From a virus, in IMG/VR virus record IMGVR_UViG_3300043673_000021, positions 33,626 to 97,625 of that record: a DNA stretch of 64,000 bases; one strand, 5' to 3'. Of the stretch, positions 1-9,472 are shown one piece after another; the stretch's first letter is position 1, and every line of letters starts with the position of its first letter. The translations under genes were made by a program, and so were the position numbers. The notes under the pieces were generated by a model. That model saw only the letters and a program-made list of their open reading frames with translations. It searched no databases and was not told the origin of the DNA.

Positions 1-945
1 AATGAGCGGCTGGCCCATGTTGTTCGACTCGGCGAGAGTTTTGATTGGGTTGTGTCGGCCAATAAAGGTCTTGAGTTTCCCCATCTGGTGGGGGTAGGTC
101 AAACCGCGGAACCTCTCCATCTCGACAAGTTCCCCGCCGGTATCGACGGCAGAAAAAACGGTAAAGTCTCCCCTTCCAGAGGTGCCGGCCCAATCGACCG
201 CTATAACCTTGTCACCAGTGCTCTGAACGATGTTATTGTTGACCGCGTCGCCCACATTGACGAAAACTGCGCCTTCATAGCTGAGGAAGTCCCCGCCGTA
301 TTCTTGGTTGAACGCGAGTTCAGAAAGCCCATCGCGAATCTCTTCGATTTCTTCGGCGGCTAGATAGGGATTCGTCCAGGAAGGCATCTTCCACGACTTC
401 CAGTTTCCTTTTTCGGGGTCCTGCCCCCACTGGTAGAGCGTATAGAAGTCGTTACCGATACCGCGCGGAGTTGAAAAAAACCAAACGTCGCCCCGATAGA
501 ACGCGATCAGCGCGCGAAGGGAACGCTCCCACGTTTCCTTGAGATTCTTAATGAGGGCGGCCTCGTCCACAACCAGCCGCTTATATTTGCGACCACGGGG
601 CCCGTCTGGATCTTCGAGCGACCAGAATTCAATCTTTCCGCCACCAGGGAAGCATAACTGCTTCTGTTGCTCATCCTTCGATCCACCCTTCCGATTCCAA
701 AGCGGCTCAGTGGTGGACTTGACTTCCTCGAAACTCTCATCGAGGCTCTTGTAGCTAGGCGACATCCACGCAGTTGGATACCCAGCCAGCGCTGGGCGTA
801 TGACCAACTCTTTTCCCATGGTCGTCTTGCCCCACTGACGGCCACAATCGACAACCGAGAAGCGAACCGCCTCGGATAGAACCTGGATCTGAGCGGCATG
901 CAACCGCGGCAGGTCAATCCGAACGGTAGCCTTGCCGTCAACCAT
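1..945 (-). CDS. terL: Terminase large subunit, N-terminal ATPase part (runs off window start)
   Basis: Not in the ORF track; manual translation from ATG 945: MVDGKATVRIDLPRLHAAQ...CGRQWGKTT (Walker A)...GRKYKRLVVDEAA (Walker B)...FFSTPRG (coupling motif). Confidence 0.93.
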   Translation of the reverse strand, partial: MVDGKATVRIDLPRLHAAQIQVLSEAVRFSVVDCGRQWGKTTMGKELVIRPALAGYPTAWMSPSYKSLDESFEEVKSTTEPLWNRKGGSKDEQQKQLCFPGGGKIEFWSLEDPDGPRGRKYKRLVVDEAALIKNLKETWERSLRALIAFYRGDVWFFSTPRGIGNDFYTLYQWGQDPEKGNWKSWKMPSWTNPYLAAEEIEEIRDGLSELAFNQEYGGDFLSYEGAVFVNVGDAVNNNIVQSTGDKVIAVDWAGTSGRGDFTVFSAVDTGGELVEMERFRGLTYPHQMGKLKTFIGRHNPIKTLAESNNMGQPLI

Positions 946-1618
946 TGTCTTCTGGTTCTTCGAGCGCCGGCGGGACGTCGACCGTTACAGGTTGGGGCTC
1001 GTTTACGGATGGTGGCCTGACGTCGATATAGTTCACTTCGACTTTAATCGTGCCGACCTGCTCTTTGTTCTTGTCCCGGTCGCCAACCTCTACCGCAACC
1101 GATTCGCGCAGGGCTGCCTTCGTCTCCACCAGATCGCGATTGAAAACGAACTCGGCCTCGCCCTTCGCCTTGAGCCGCTTGGCAAGCAAGCCCGTGGTAG
1201 CGCCGACGACCGGTCGGCCATCGACATGGAAGAGTGGATTATTGGGATCTCTCGCGGCCTTGACGAGTTCGGACTCAAGTTTCTCGATGCGGTCGTGGTC
1301 GCGTTGCGCCTTTTCGGCACGAACCGTCTTATTTGCCAGCGGAAGGTACATGATCGCCGCCTGCATATCCCGGCGCGCTTCGGCAACCTTACGCCCGAAA
1401 ACCGGTTTCTTCAGCCACCCGTTCACAGTTGACTGCGTGACGCCGTGCTTCTTGCAGATCTGCTTAATGGTGAGGCGACCATCTCCTATCGCAACCGCAA
1501 CGGCCTGAATCGTCGCCTGTGGATGCTTATCCCCGAGTGCCTTCTGCTCTCTGATAAGCTTCCGGTTCATTTCGTAAGCCCAGTGACGGCCACGGGTCGA
1601 TATGTCAACATCGCTCAT
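938..1618 (-). CDS. Putative terminase small subunit
   Basis: Directly upstream of terL; N-terminal HTH (TIKQICKKHGVTQSTVNGWLK); ATG 1618 overlaps the upstream stop (ATGA). Confidence 0.7.
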   Translation of the reverse strand: MSDVDISTRGRHWAYEMNRKLIREQKALGDKHPQATIQAVAVAIGDGRLTIKQICKKHGVTQSTVNGWLKKPVFGRKVAEARRDMQAAIMYLPLANKTVRAEKAQRDHDRIEKLESELVKAARDPNNPLFHVDGRPVVGATTGLLAKRLKAKGEAEFVFNRDLVETKAALRESVAVEVGDRDKNKEQVGTIKVEVNYIDVRPPSVNEPQPVTVDVPPALEEPEDNG

Positions 1619-1950
1619 GCTGCTTCTTCTCTGACCATCAAAATATCGGGACCCTGCTTCACGGGGCGGCACGGGCACATCAGAACGCTACGGGCGCAAT
1701 TGGGGCAGACCCCGCGAATCGTTATCGATCGGTTGAAGAGAGGGTTTTTCAGTTCTTCTTCGTGCCGGGCGGCCTCGTAGAACTTACCCTGCCGAACGCC
1801 GCCGTGCCGGTTGATCGCAATGCCAGGCCCAAGGTAGCGAGGGTCGTTAGCACGCGGTCGGTTGTCGATTCGCGGACGAAGGCTTTTCGGCTTGGTGGTA
1901 AGACGGCCGGTTAGGTCGTCTTCGAGTGAGCCATATTTGCGAACGCTCAT
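1615..1950 (-). CDS. Hypothetical protein with CxxC/CxC motifs
   Basis: ORF coupled to terS by an ATGA overlap. Confidence 0.55.
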   Translation of the reverse strand: MSVRKYGSLEDDLTGRLTTKPKSLRPRIDNRPRANDPRYLGPGIAINRHGGVRQGKFYEAARHEEELKNPLFNRSITIRGVCPNCARSVLMCPCRPVKQGPDILMVREEAA

Positions 1951-1974
1951 GTCAGTACGAGAACAGCAACGCGA

Positions 1975-2199
1975 CTATTTTGGCAACAAAGCAAAAAGTT
2001 CCTTCTTGGTCACGATTCCCTCGCGTAACGCGAGCGCTACCCAGAGTGCCCGAGAACTGATCCCAGATTTACCTCGAATGTGGCTCATGTAGCCCCGTAC
2101 CGTATTGAAGGAAATACCAAGCTTGAAAGCAATTTCTTTGTCCTCGGCACCGAGCGCCACCTCCCGCACTATCTGTCTTTCGCGCGGGGTGAGGTGCAT
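1975..2199 (-). CDS. Stand-alone LuxR/GerE-type HTH regulator
   Basis: LTPRERQIVREVALGAEDKEIAFKLGISFNTVRGYMSHIRGK is the classic LuxR HTH pattern. Confidence 0.88.
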   Translation of the reverse strand: MHLTPRERQIVREVALGAEDKEIAFKLGISFNTVRGYMSHIRGKSGISSRALWVALALREGIVTKKELFALLPK

Positions 2200-2207
2200 C
2201 GTAGGAA

Positions 2208-2483
2208 CTAGAGAACCGAGCGGAGTTCCTCAACAATCGCAATGAACTCTTGCGGGGTCTTCGCGACGATCAGTTTCTTGTCGAGCAGGTGCTTGGCTGC
2301 GGCGAAGGCCTTCTCGGTCGGACTCGACACAGTTGGCGGCCAGTAGGTGTAGCCGTTGACTTGGTAGCCGCCGGAAAAGGGAATGATGTAATTGCCAATA
2401 TTGCCGCCCGTTATAGTCTCGGAATATGGAGACAACGTAACGCCGTCACTGGTGGTAAATGATTGATCCAATGGCCCGTTCAT
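2208..2483 (-). CDS. Hypothetical protein
   Basis: ORF in a coupled minus-strand run. Confidence 0.55.
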   Translation of the reverse strand: MNGPLDQSFTTSDGVTLSPYSETITGGNIGNYIIPFSGGYQVNGYTYWPPTVSSPTEKAFAAAKHLLDKKLIVAKTPQEFIAIVEELRSVL

Positions 2484-2692
2484 AGATTTCTCCTACTCTC
2501 GTAATCGGCGAACGTCCGGATGCCGCGATGCAACGCCGAATCGCCGAGAACCTGCCGGATCGCCTCGAACTCCGCCACCTCACGAGGCTTGCCAGCGTCC
2601 ATCTCCAGAATTGCGGCACGCTCGCGGAGAAGATAGCATTCCTCAGTTAACTCGGCGGCAGTTGCTGACGAAGTAGCCATAGTTCTTTGCAT
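2480..2692 (-). CDS. Hypothetical protein
   Basis: ERAAILEMDAGKPREVAEFEA motif typical of small phage proteins; coupled stop/start. Confidence 0.55.
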   Translation of the reverse strand: MQRTMATSSATAAELTEECYLLRERAAILEMDAGKPREVAEFEAIRQVLGDSALHRGIRTFADYESRRNL

Positions 2693-2834
2693 TCGTCGTC
2701 GGTCAGGTGGTCAGCAAAGGAGAAGACCAGCGCGGAAGGTTGATGCTCTGGTAAGCGCTCCGGCTCAGCTTCATCAAAGTCTTCCCGCCATGCCATCCAC
2801 TTCGCGGACTCCGCAAGATGCCGGGCACCGGCGC

Positions 2835-3248
2835 TCACGTTTCCACTGGCCTTTTGGGGCCTCGCCTGCGCCGTTTGAACCCAAGGCGTTTCGCAATGCG
2901 ACCGATGTGATCGTTATGGTATGTGACCTCGAAATTGCGCGTGATCCATTCGCCGACTTCCCTGTAGTTCCAGTGCGGGTTCGCGGAAATGATTCGCTCC
3001 ACTTCGGCTAGCTTGTCGGCGGAGAGTCGCGGTGGACGGCCCGTCGCGATGCGTCGGCGGAGACCCTTCTCGCCGCAGGTCTTTAGCGCCCGACACCAGC
3101 GGCTGGCAGTTGTGCGGGACACGCCGTACATGCGGGCAATATCAAACTGCCGCACACCAGTCCTGATCTGGTAAGCGGCGGCCAATCGGCGCGATTCGAG
3201 TTCCGCGCGAGTTAACGGCACAAATGAACACCGTCCCGGGAGAGCCAA
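2835..3248 (-). CDS. IS630-like HTH DNA-binding protein without a DDE domain
   Basis: DIARMYGVSRTTASRW...GRPPRLS...WITRNFEVTYH...RLGF resembles the IS630 transposase N-terminal half; no catalytic domain seen downstream. Confidence 0.75.
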   Translation of the reverse strand: MALPGRCSFVPLTRAELESRRLAAAYQIRTGVRQFDIARMYGVSRTTASRWCRALKTCGEKGLRRRIATGRPPRLSADKLAEVERIISANPHWNYREVGEWITRNFEVTYHNDHIGRIAKRLGFKRRRRGPKRPVET

Positions 3249-3922
3249 GCCATTACGCAGGCGAGGATAAAAAACCAGCGCATTGCCTTACGAGAAAACG
3301 ACAGGCGGCCCGTAGTTCGAGCGGAGCCAGTCAATGCTTGGCTGCATAACCGCGCCGTCGTGATCGCCAGACTGGCGAAGCCGAAGGCCGCGGGCATAAA
3401 CTCGGCGGGCGAGACTCAACTGGCGAGGGCGAAGATACTTCAGTTTCTGCTTGGGACCGCCGACGACGCCTTCGTAATCGCCTCGCTGCGCAAGGCAGAT
3501 TGCCTCTACCGGGTGGATGGCGCGCTCATCGCCGGGATATTCCCTGACACGAACGTGGTCTCCGAATCGGGCAAGCACAGAAATGAGTTCTTCGCCTGAA
3601 ATTGTCACAGTATGTTTTAAGGAGGGCACCGCGGAGGGAGTTGTAGGTGATGACGGAAACCCCGCTAAGGCTTTCGGCGCACATGCTAAGCATGCCAGCG
3701 CAGGTATCGACAGCAACTACACCACTACTAACAGTTATCAATATCACGTTAGCCCCAATCGGTGGGCTTGTCAACTGGAATGTGGTTAAAATACCGCAGT
3801 GTAGTCAAGTTGACCCATTTCGGCGCTAGAAATGCAACGTTTACGGCAATTCCGACGCTGTATAGCATTTACAAGTGTGGCTAAATTGACACAGTTGGCC
3901 ACTAAACTGCCCAGTGAACGGC

Positions 3923-4078
3923 ATGATACACCTAATCTTGCTCGTCTTTGCGGTTGTGTTGGCCGTCGTCGCTGGTTTCGTCAACCCCGCTGAGCCTTGG
4001 CGCGGAAGACTTTTGTGTTTTGCTGTGGCTTGCCTCGCGGCGGCTCAACTGGTTTTGGCGGGGCCACTCGGACGGTGA
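3923..4078 (+). CDS. Small two-helix membrane protein (51 aa)
   Basis: Manual translation MIHLILLVFAVVLAVVAGFVNPAEPWRGRLLCFAVACLAAAQLVLAGPLGR; below the ORF-track size cutoff. Confidence 0.55.
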   Translation: MIHLILLVFAVVLAVVAGFVNPAEPWRGRLLCFAVACLAAAQLVLAGPLGR

Positions 4079-4347
4079 ACTGTACGACCGTCTTTTACTA
4101 TCAGGGCGTCCCGATCGTACAGACAGTTCTTTCCGATGTCTTCCACTACGAACAATAGTGCATCGGCGAGTTGCCGGGCTTCACTGCTCGAAATGTTGTA
4201 GGTACGATGCGATCCGTCACTTTCCGTGACTGCCAGATCAACGAATCCGTCCAGCGTCCCGGCAATCTTGAATTGGAAACCTGACGCCAGAATCTCTTTC
4301 AGTGCCGCGCGGTAGGTTGACCTGAATTCCAATACTTTTCCCTGCAT
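4045..4347 (-). CDS. Hypothetical protein
   Basis: ORF from MQGKVLE with GAGG RBS. Confidence 0.5.
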   Translation of the reverse strand: MQGKVLEFRSTYRAALKEILASGFQFKIAGTLDGFVDLAVTESDGSHRTYNISSSEARQLADALLFVVEDIGKNCLYDRDALIVKDGRTVHRPSGPAKTS

Positions 4348-4498
4348 TATGACCTCGACAACCAGAAGTTGGTGAACTGCGAACCCGCCGCGACCAGCAC
4401 GCTGAAGTACGGTCGCCAGGGGCACGTCGACATTGTGCACGGGCAAGAACAGAGATCGGCGACGGCGTACTCGGGGGCTCGGAAGTTGCGGCGTAACA

Positions 4499-4867
4499 TC
4501 ATTTTGAGACGACCGCCAAGATCCCCACCGGCTCCGGGGATGAAGGATCTCCGTACAGGAGTCTGTTGATTATTTCTTCTTCCAGCACCAGCTGCTGAGT
4601 CTCAGAAAGTTCAGGAGCGGGGGTTAGTTCGGTTACTTGATTAGTGACTTCGTCGACGCGGTATTCCTTGAGGAAATCAACCTCGGTCCAAGACTGCGGG
4701 TCGAGGCGCGACATCTTGTGCCAGACTGCGGTCCCGCACGCCGGGCAGAGTTCGCGGAAGAACCCCGGGCGCTCCGGCATTGCGATTGCGAGCGGCGCGT
4801 TACAGCAGGGGTAGTCGCCGAAGATCATATTGGTTGGGAGTTTAGCGAAGTCGACGCAGATTGGCAA
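4499..4867 (-). CDS. Hypothetical zinc-ribbon protein
   Basis: PCC...CPACG motif. Confidence 0.55.
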   Translation of the reverse strand: MPICVDFAKLPTNMIFGDYPCCNAPLAIAMPERPGFFRELCPACGTAVWHKMSRLDPQSWTEVDFLKEYRVDEVTNQVTELTPAPELSETQQLVLEEEIINRLLYGDPSSPEPVGILAVVSK

Positions 4868-4873
4868 TAACAG

Positions 4874-5410
4874 TCATGCGGGTACCTGTCGAATGATCTC
4901 GGCGATTCGCCTCACGATGTCCGGCACGTCGAACTTCCCATCAGTTCTCAACTTGGCGGAAGCGGCGGCATGAACGATGACCTTCGACAGCGACGGGTCA
5001 CCTGCGTTGTTTCGGAGATGTGCGGATAGCGCCTTCGGGTTTTGCCCGACAAGCTGGGTTAGCGTCAGGAGCCGATAGGACAGGCTTGTCCATTCGCGCG
5101 GCTCCGGCTGTAGTTCCGACAGTACGGCGCTAACACCCATATTCAGCGGGCTATCTGTGAACTCGTAAGTCTGCCCGTCCATTTCAAAAGATCCAAGCTT
5201 TTCTTTCTTCACGCCAACCATGCGCCCACTCGCGCCAGCCATGAACACCGCCACCGCGTATGAGAACCGGTCTGGATCGACCGGCTTGATTGCCCGCAAC
5301 ATCGGCGACAACTTTCGGATTGCGTTACGATTTCTCTTAGCCACTCGGTCTCCTTCAAAGATCGACTTGGGACGGCGCGGTGCTGATACACCACGTCGTC
5401 CTGTGGCCAA
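4874..5410 (-). CDS. Hypothetical protein
   Basis: 178-aa ORF following the AT-rich divergent region. Confidence 0.55.
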   Translation of the reverse strand: MATGRRGVSAPRRPKSIFEGDRVAKRNRNAIRKLSPMLRAIKPVDPDRFSYAVAVFMAGASGRMVGVKKEKLGSFEMDGQTYEFTDSPLNMGVSAVLSELQPEPREWTSLSYRLLTLTQLVGQNPKALSAHLRNNAGDPSLSKVIVHAAASAKLRTDGKFDVPDIVRRIAEIIRQVPA

Positions 5411-6109
5411 AGTACCACACTTTACATCACAAAGCCAATTGGCACGACAACTGCTTAAGCGAGTATGTCAATAGGCACATACCACAAAATATAGATGACT
5501 CGGACTTCGATATACAATATATTGCGGTATAAGTAACGCGACTTCCGTTAGGTATCGACCACCGAAAACTATTTTGCCTTTACGTTAACGCTACAATAGA
5601 TTTTACGGTTTATAATATCAGTGTCATCGCGGTCTCTTCTTTTTCCGCAGGCCGACGTGGTAAATTAACCACACGAAATCCGGGAGATCTGAAGTTTGTG
5701 ATTCTCGATCAACCATACTGCTCGATTTGCCTTCGGACGATAACCCTCACGCCAGTGAAACAGTCCGGCGACCTCTGCAAGGATTGCCAGCGAGAGCGGC
5801 GCAGGTACCTCGCATCTGAGCGCGCCAAGAACGCCAGTCTCCAGACGAACGGCGCTCGCGTTTACCATCGGAACTCCTGATCCTCAGCCTGTGGCCAAAT
5901 CGCCACACATTCCGCCACGGATTCGTTATACATTTGCCAACTGGCACTTTTCGGGTTGAATGATAATTTCTCGTGAGAGCGCAGGCGCAGGTTTCCCGGT
6001 GAGACTTTCGGTTGAATCGAGGGTGGGGGCGTCTTGTTACCGTTAAGCCCATGTAAATCAGTGGTTTAACGTTGTGTTGTAGTACCTCGGTCGTGGTACC
6101 GTTCGAAGT

Positions 6110-6853
6110 ATGAGACGACTACCGATCAAGACACAGACATCAGGCGCTCTGCACGTTGGCTATGCACGCGTCTCCACTCACCAGCAGGCCAGCGAGGGTC
6201 TATCCTTGGATGCCCAGCGCTCACGGCTTGAGTCCGCAGCTACCCTGCGAGGTGTAACGCTTGAAATCTTTTCAGATGAGGAATCGGGCAAGGACACGAA
6301 CAGACCTCATTTCCTCTCTCTCCTCACCAAGGTGAAAGCTGGACAGATAGCCTCCGTGACGGTCTGTAAGCTCGACAGGTTGACGCGTAGCGTACGTGAT
6401 CTTCTGGACCTCATGACGCTATTCGAAGCGCACGGTGTGGCATTTATCAGCCTTGCGGAAACCATTGACACCACTACCGCTATGGGCCGATTCTTTACCG
6501 TCGTACTGGGTGCGATTGCTGAGCTTGAGCGCGGCCTGATCAGTGATCGGACTACCGCAGTGTTGCGCCACAAGCGGGCATCAGGACTGGCTTGGAATCA
6601 TGCACCGTACGGCTTCGACAAGTCTGACGGCCGTCTGATGCTGAACGAGTCCGAACTCGCCGTGGCTCACCGCATCCTGCAGGCTCGAGTTGATGGTCAA
6701 TCGTTCGGCGCGATCGCTAAGCAGTTGAATGCAGAGAGTGTGCCGGCGAAAATGGGCGGCCCCTGGTACCCGTCGACCGTGTCCTTTGTGTGCGGCAATC
6801 GTGATCTGTATGTTAGTGTGTCAAATTTACCACAGCCTAGTGTGGCTGTTTGA
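6110..6853 (+). CDS. Serine recombinase (resolvase catalytic domain plus partial recombinase domain)
   Basis: GYARVST, ESGK...RP, KLDRLTRS, AELERGLISDRT, APYGF, IAKQLN...W motifs. Confidence 0.93.
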   Translation: MRRLPIKTQTSGALHVGYARVSTHQQASEGLSLDAQRSRLESAATLRGVTLEIFSDEESGKDTNRPHFLSLLTKVKAGQIASVTVCKLDRLTRSVRDLLDLMTLFEAHGVAFISLAETIDTTTAMGRFFTVVLGAIAELERGLISDRTTAVLRHKRASGLAWNHAPYGFDKSDGRLMLNESELAVAHRILQARVDGQSFGAIAKQLNAESVPAKMGGPWYPSTVSFVCGNRDLYVSVSNLPQPSVAV

Positions 6854-6865
6854 CAACGGTCCTAA

Positions 6866-6905
6866 GCTGTAGCCATGTGCTTGAGGCTGTAGCCATGTGC
6901 TTGAG
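6866..6905. repeat. Perfect 20-bp tandem duplication GCTGTAGCCATGTGCTTGAG x2
   Basis: Read directly. Confidence 0.95.
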
Positions 6906-6951
6906 CGTAAAAATAGAGAAGTCTACTGATTCTATAGGATTAATGGGTTAA

Positions 6952-6980
6952 TTGACAACATCACCATGCTGTCGTAGGTT
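6952..6980 (+). promoter_or_regulatory. Sigma70-type promoter TTGACA-N17-TAGGTT, probably leaderless for ORF 6987
   Basis: Consensus -35, 17-bp spacer, ATG 6 nt after the -10. Confidence 0.7.
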
Positions 6981-6986
6981 GGAACC

Positions 6987-7181
6987 ATGAAGAAAACAAT
7001 TGACCTGAGCGCAGTTCCCGATGAAGATCTGAAGCGAGAATGGGCGCGCCGAAATAGCTTCAAGCGCAAGACTAAGGCCGGCGGTCGTCCTGTCATCAAG
7101 GAGCGCTGCCCCTGCGGAATCATGACCTTAAGGCGCGCTGAATCCCGTAAGCATGTGTGCGAGAAAATAAATGCAAAATAA
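6987..7181 (+). CDS. Small basic protein with C-terminal CPCG...HxC motif, possible regulator
   Basis: ORF between two related promoters. Confidence 0.6.
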   Translation: MKKTIDLSAVPDEDLKREWARRNSFKRKTKAGGRPVIKERCPCGIMTLRRAESRKHVCEKINAK

Positions 7182-7184
7182 CTG

Positions 7185-7213
7185 TTGACATAAACACCAT
7201 GTTGTTTTAGACT
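7185..7213 (+). promoter_or_regulatory. Sigma70-type promoter TTGACA-N17-TAGACT
   Basis: Consensus -35, AT-rich upstream sequence, followed by TAAGGAG RBS and ATG 7237. Confidence 0.75.
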
Positions 7214-7236
7214 TATGAATGTAAGGAGCAAGCGAG

Positions 7237-7458
7237 ATGAGCACAGCAAAGAGTTTCGAAGTTAGAGACATCAAGTTTTCCGCAGTGGATCGCGCGGTAA
7301 CATTGGCGATTTACGACACCCTGCGATTCATCAGCCGTATCGCGCGCCGATATGCTGACAGGCTTTCACGCACGGTCGATATCGATGCATTGCGCGGCGT
7401 GACTGACTTATCCGATGCGGATGACTTCAGCACCTCCGTTGATTACTTGGTCAGCTAA
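7237..7458 (+). CDS. Hypothetical early protein
   Basis: Strong RBS and promoter. Confidence 0.6.
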   Translation: MSTAKSFEVRDIKFSAVDRAVTLAIYDTLRFISRIARRYADRLSRTVDIDALRGVTDLSDADDFSTSVDYLVS

Positions 7459-7556
7459 GCCAAGTTATCGTAGCTCGGACGTTTCCCGAGTAGCCCAGCT
7501 TAGCAAGTGGCATCGACCACAAGCGAGCACGGACAAAAAAGAGAGAGAAAATCGAC

Positions 7557-8600
7557 ATGCATAACATCAATACTTACATCGGACGCCAAGCAGCATGGCA
7601 TAAACTCGGAACGGTAACAGGTTCCTTTCAGACATGGGAACAGATTCAGGCCCACGGTGGACTGAATTTCGTGCCCTTCAAGGAACAGCTTTTCAGCCAA
7701 GATGGAAAGCTCGTAGATGCGTGGGGCGTTTTTCGTCCTGATACCGGAGACTTCCTCGGAGCGGTCGGTAAGGACTACACGGTGATCGACCATGCCCAAG
7801 GTTTCACGATGATTGATGCTTTGCTCGAAGCGCAAAACGGAGCGCATTACGAAACCGCTGGCGTCTTAGGACTTGGCGAGGTCGTATGGGGGTTGGCAAA
7901 TCTGAACACGAGTATCAACGTGGGAACCTCGGGAGACAAGATCGAAATGTTTCTCTTGTTTTCCACTGCACATAACGGCAGCTTCAGCCACTCTTACCGC
8001 ATGACCGGAACGCGCGTGGTGTGTCAGAACACGTTGAATGTTGCCCTGAAATCTAAGACGTCAGCGCAATTTCGCGTCCGGCATACTATCAACGCTCAAA
8101 AGCGCTTGGACAATGCGCACGAAGCACTAGCTTTGATCGGAGAAGAGACTAAAAGCGTTGAGGAAAAACTGAACCTGTTAGCCAAGCGCCGTATGACGAA
8201 GGACACCATGACGACGGTCCTTGATCGGCTGTTCCCTGGCCAGAAGGACGAAGCCAAAATGTCAACGCGTCGCGAGAATATCCTGTCGGATGTCCTTCGC
8301 TGCTACGAGTCAAACGACCGTAACCAATTTCCCGAGCAGCGCGGTACCGCATACAACCTCTTGAACGCCATCACGGAGTACACGGACCACAAGCGCTCAA
8401 CGCGGAAGGATGACAAAGGCGAGTCCGCTATGTTCGGTTCTGGCGATCGGCTCAAGTCGCAGGCAATGGAAGTTCTGTTAGAGACGGCGGCCGGATTGCC
8501 AGTTGTGGAGACTCGGACGGTTTACGTTCCGAAGTACACGGCACCCGCCGCGGTTTGCACTGTTTCTCTTTTGGATGCGATTCTCTCGGAGGCGAACTAG
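7557..8600 (+). CDS. DUF932/DUF945-family phage/plasmid protein
   Basis: AWHKLG, LGAVGKDYTVI, ETAGVL, RVVCQNTL, GTAYNLLNAITEYTDH motifs. Confidence 0.88.
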   Translation: MHNINTYIGRQAAWHKLGTVTGSFQTWEQIQAHGGLNFVPFKEQLFSQDGKLVDAWGVFRPDTGDFLGAVGKDYTVIDHAQGFTMIDALLEAQNGAHYETAGVLGLGEVVWGLANLNTSINVGTSGDKIEMFLLFSTAHNGSFSHSYRMTGTRVVCQNTLNVALKSKTSAQFRVRHTINAQKRLDNAHEALALIGEETKSVEEKLNLLAKRRMTKDTMTTVLDRLFPGQKDEAKMSTRRENILSDVLRCYESNDRNQFPEQRGTAYNLLNAITEYTDHKRSTRKDDKGESAMFGSGDRLKSQAMEVLLETAAGLPVVETRTVYVPKYTAPAAVCTVSLLDAILSEAN

Positions 8601-8602
8601 CT

Positions 8603-8701
8603 ATGAGGACTAACCCGCGTTGGTACGCGCCCGTGGGCTACATCCTTATCGGGCTTTTGATCGGGCTTAACGTCGCAGCGATCATATCAACACTCACCTG
8701 A
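8603..8701 (+). CDS. 32-aa single-helix membrane peptide
   Basis: MRTNPRWYAPVGYILIGLLIGLNVAAIISTLT with GGAGG RBS, followed by a long hairpin. Confidence 0.5.
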   Translation: MRTNPRWYAPVGYILIGLLIGLNVAAIISTLT

Positions 8702-8780
8702 CCGCTGAGCCGCAAGCGCTGAAGGTTTCGCGGGCGAGTACCGCGATTCCTTGAGCATTTGAGGTTTAGAGGAGATTACA

Positions 8781-9071
8781 ATGCTGCGAATTGAACGACT
8801 CACCCACAAAGTGACAGGCGAACCACTGGCGGGTTTCTTTGTCCGTAACGCGATCGGTAAAGCGGTAGCGGTTGGCGCTTTCTCATCCGATGGCGGGTTT
8901 GTGACGCCAACACTCAAGCGCTACTGCCGTGATGTTGATCTCTGCCGGAAGATTGGCGAGTTAACCGGCATCCCAATCAAATGGAATCTAACGTTCTGGT
9001 GTCGTCACTTCACCAGCCACAACCGGCAGGATTTAATGCGCAGAGTTAGGCGGGAAAGGAAATGCAAATGA
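8781..9071 (+). CDS. Hypothetical protein
   Basis: GAGGAG RBS, part of a coupled run. Confidence 0.6.
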   Translation: MLRIERLTHKVTGEPLAGFFVRNAIGKAVAVGAFSSDGGFVTPTLKRYCRDVDLCRKIGELTGIPIKWNLTFWCRHFTSHNRQDLMRRVRRERKCK

Positions 9072-9472
9072 ATATCAGCGAACGTTTACTAGCGGCTGGC
9101 TACACCCACAAGCGCACACCGAACGCGATGAACACTGGAAAGCACTTTGTCACCTGCGTCGCGACGGGCGAAGTAATCGGCGAATGGACCGCGTTTCAAT
9201 CGCTCGATTTCCTTAACCGCATCACGGTAGAGAACTTCTTTGGTAAGCAGGTGCGCGTTAGCTACCTGACTATCAACCAAGGAAATGGTGACCCGGACGA
9301 ACAAGAGGACGGCGAGCTAGAGGGCGTTTTCAGTGGCGAATCAGACATCTACGGGAGAACGATTCGGTACCACTTAAAAACCTCTGAAGGCGATCCCTAT
9401 TTCATTTTTGCAGATGAAATCACAGAGATTGAGGAATTGGCAGGCGTAAGGCTTAGAAAAGGAAACCAATGA
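9062..9472 (+). CDS. Hypothetical protein
   Basis: Overlapping start and stop with neighbours. Confidence 0.6.
   Translation: MQMNISERLLAAGYTHKRTPNAMNTGKHFVTCVATGEVIGEWTAFQSLDFLNRITVENFFGKQVRVSYLTINQGNGDPDEQEDGELEGVFSGESDIYGRTIRYHLKTSEGDPYFIFADEITEIEELAGVRLRKGNQ

Noticed and set aside
2835-3248. Active IS630 element
   Set aside because: No DDE catalytic domain or terminal repeats found.
3886-3910. TTGACA as promoter for the 51-aa ORF
   Set aside because: No acceptable -10 at 16-18 bp spacing.
6866-6905. Tandem repeats here and at 23149-23190 as possible CRISPR remnants
   Set aside because: Two adjacent copies with no spacers and no cas genes; simple slippage duplications or assembly artefacts.
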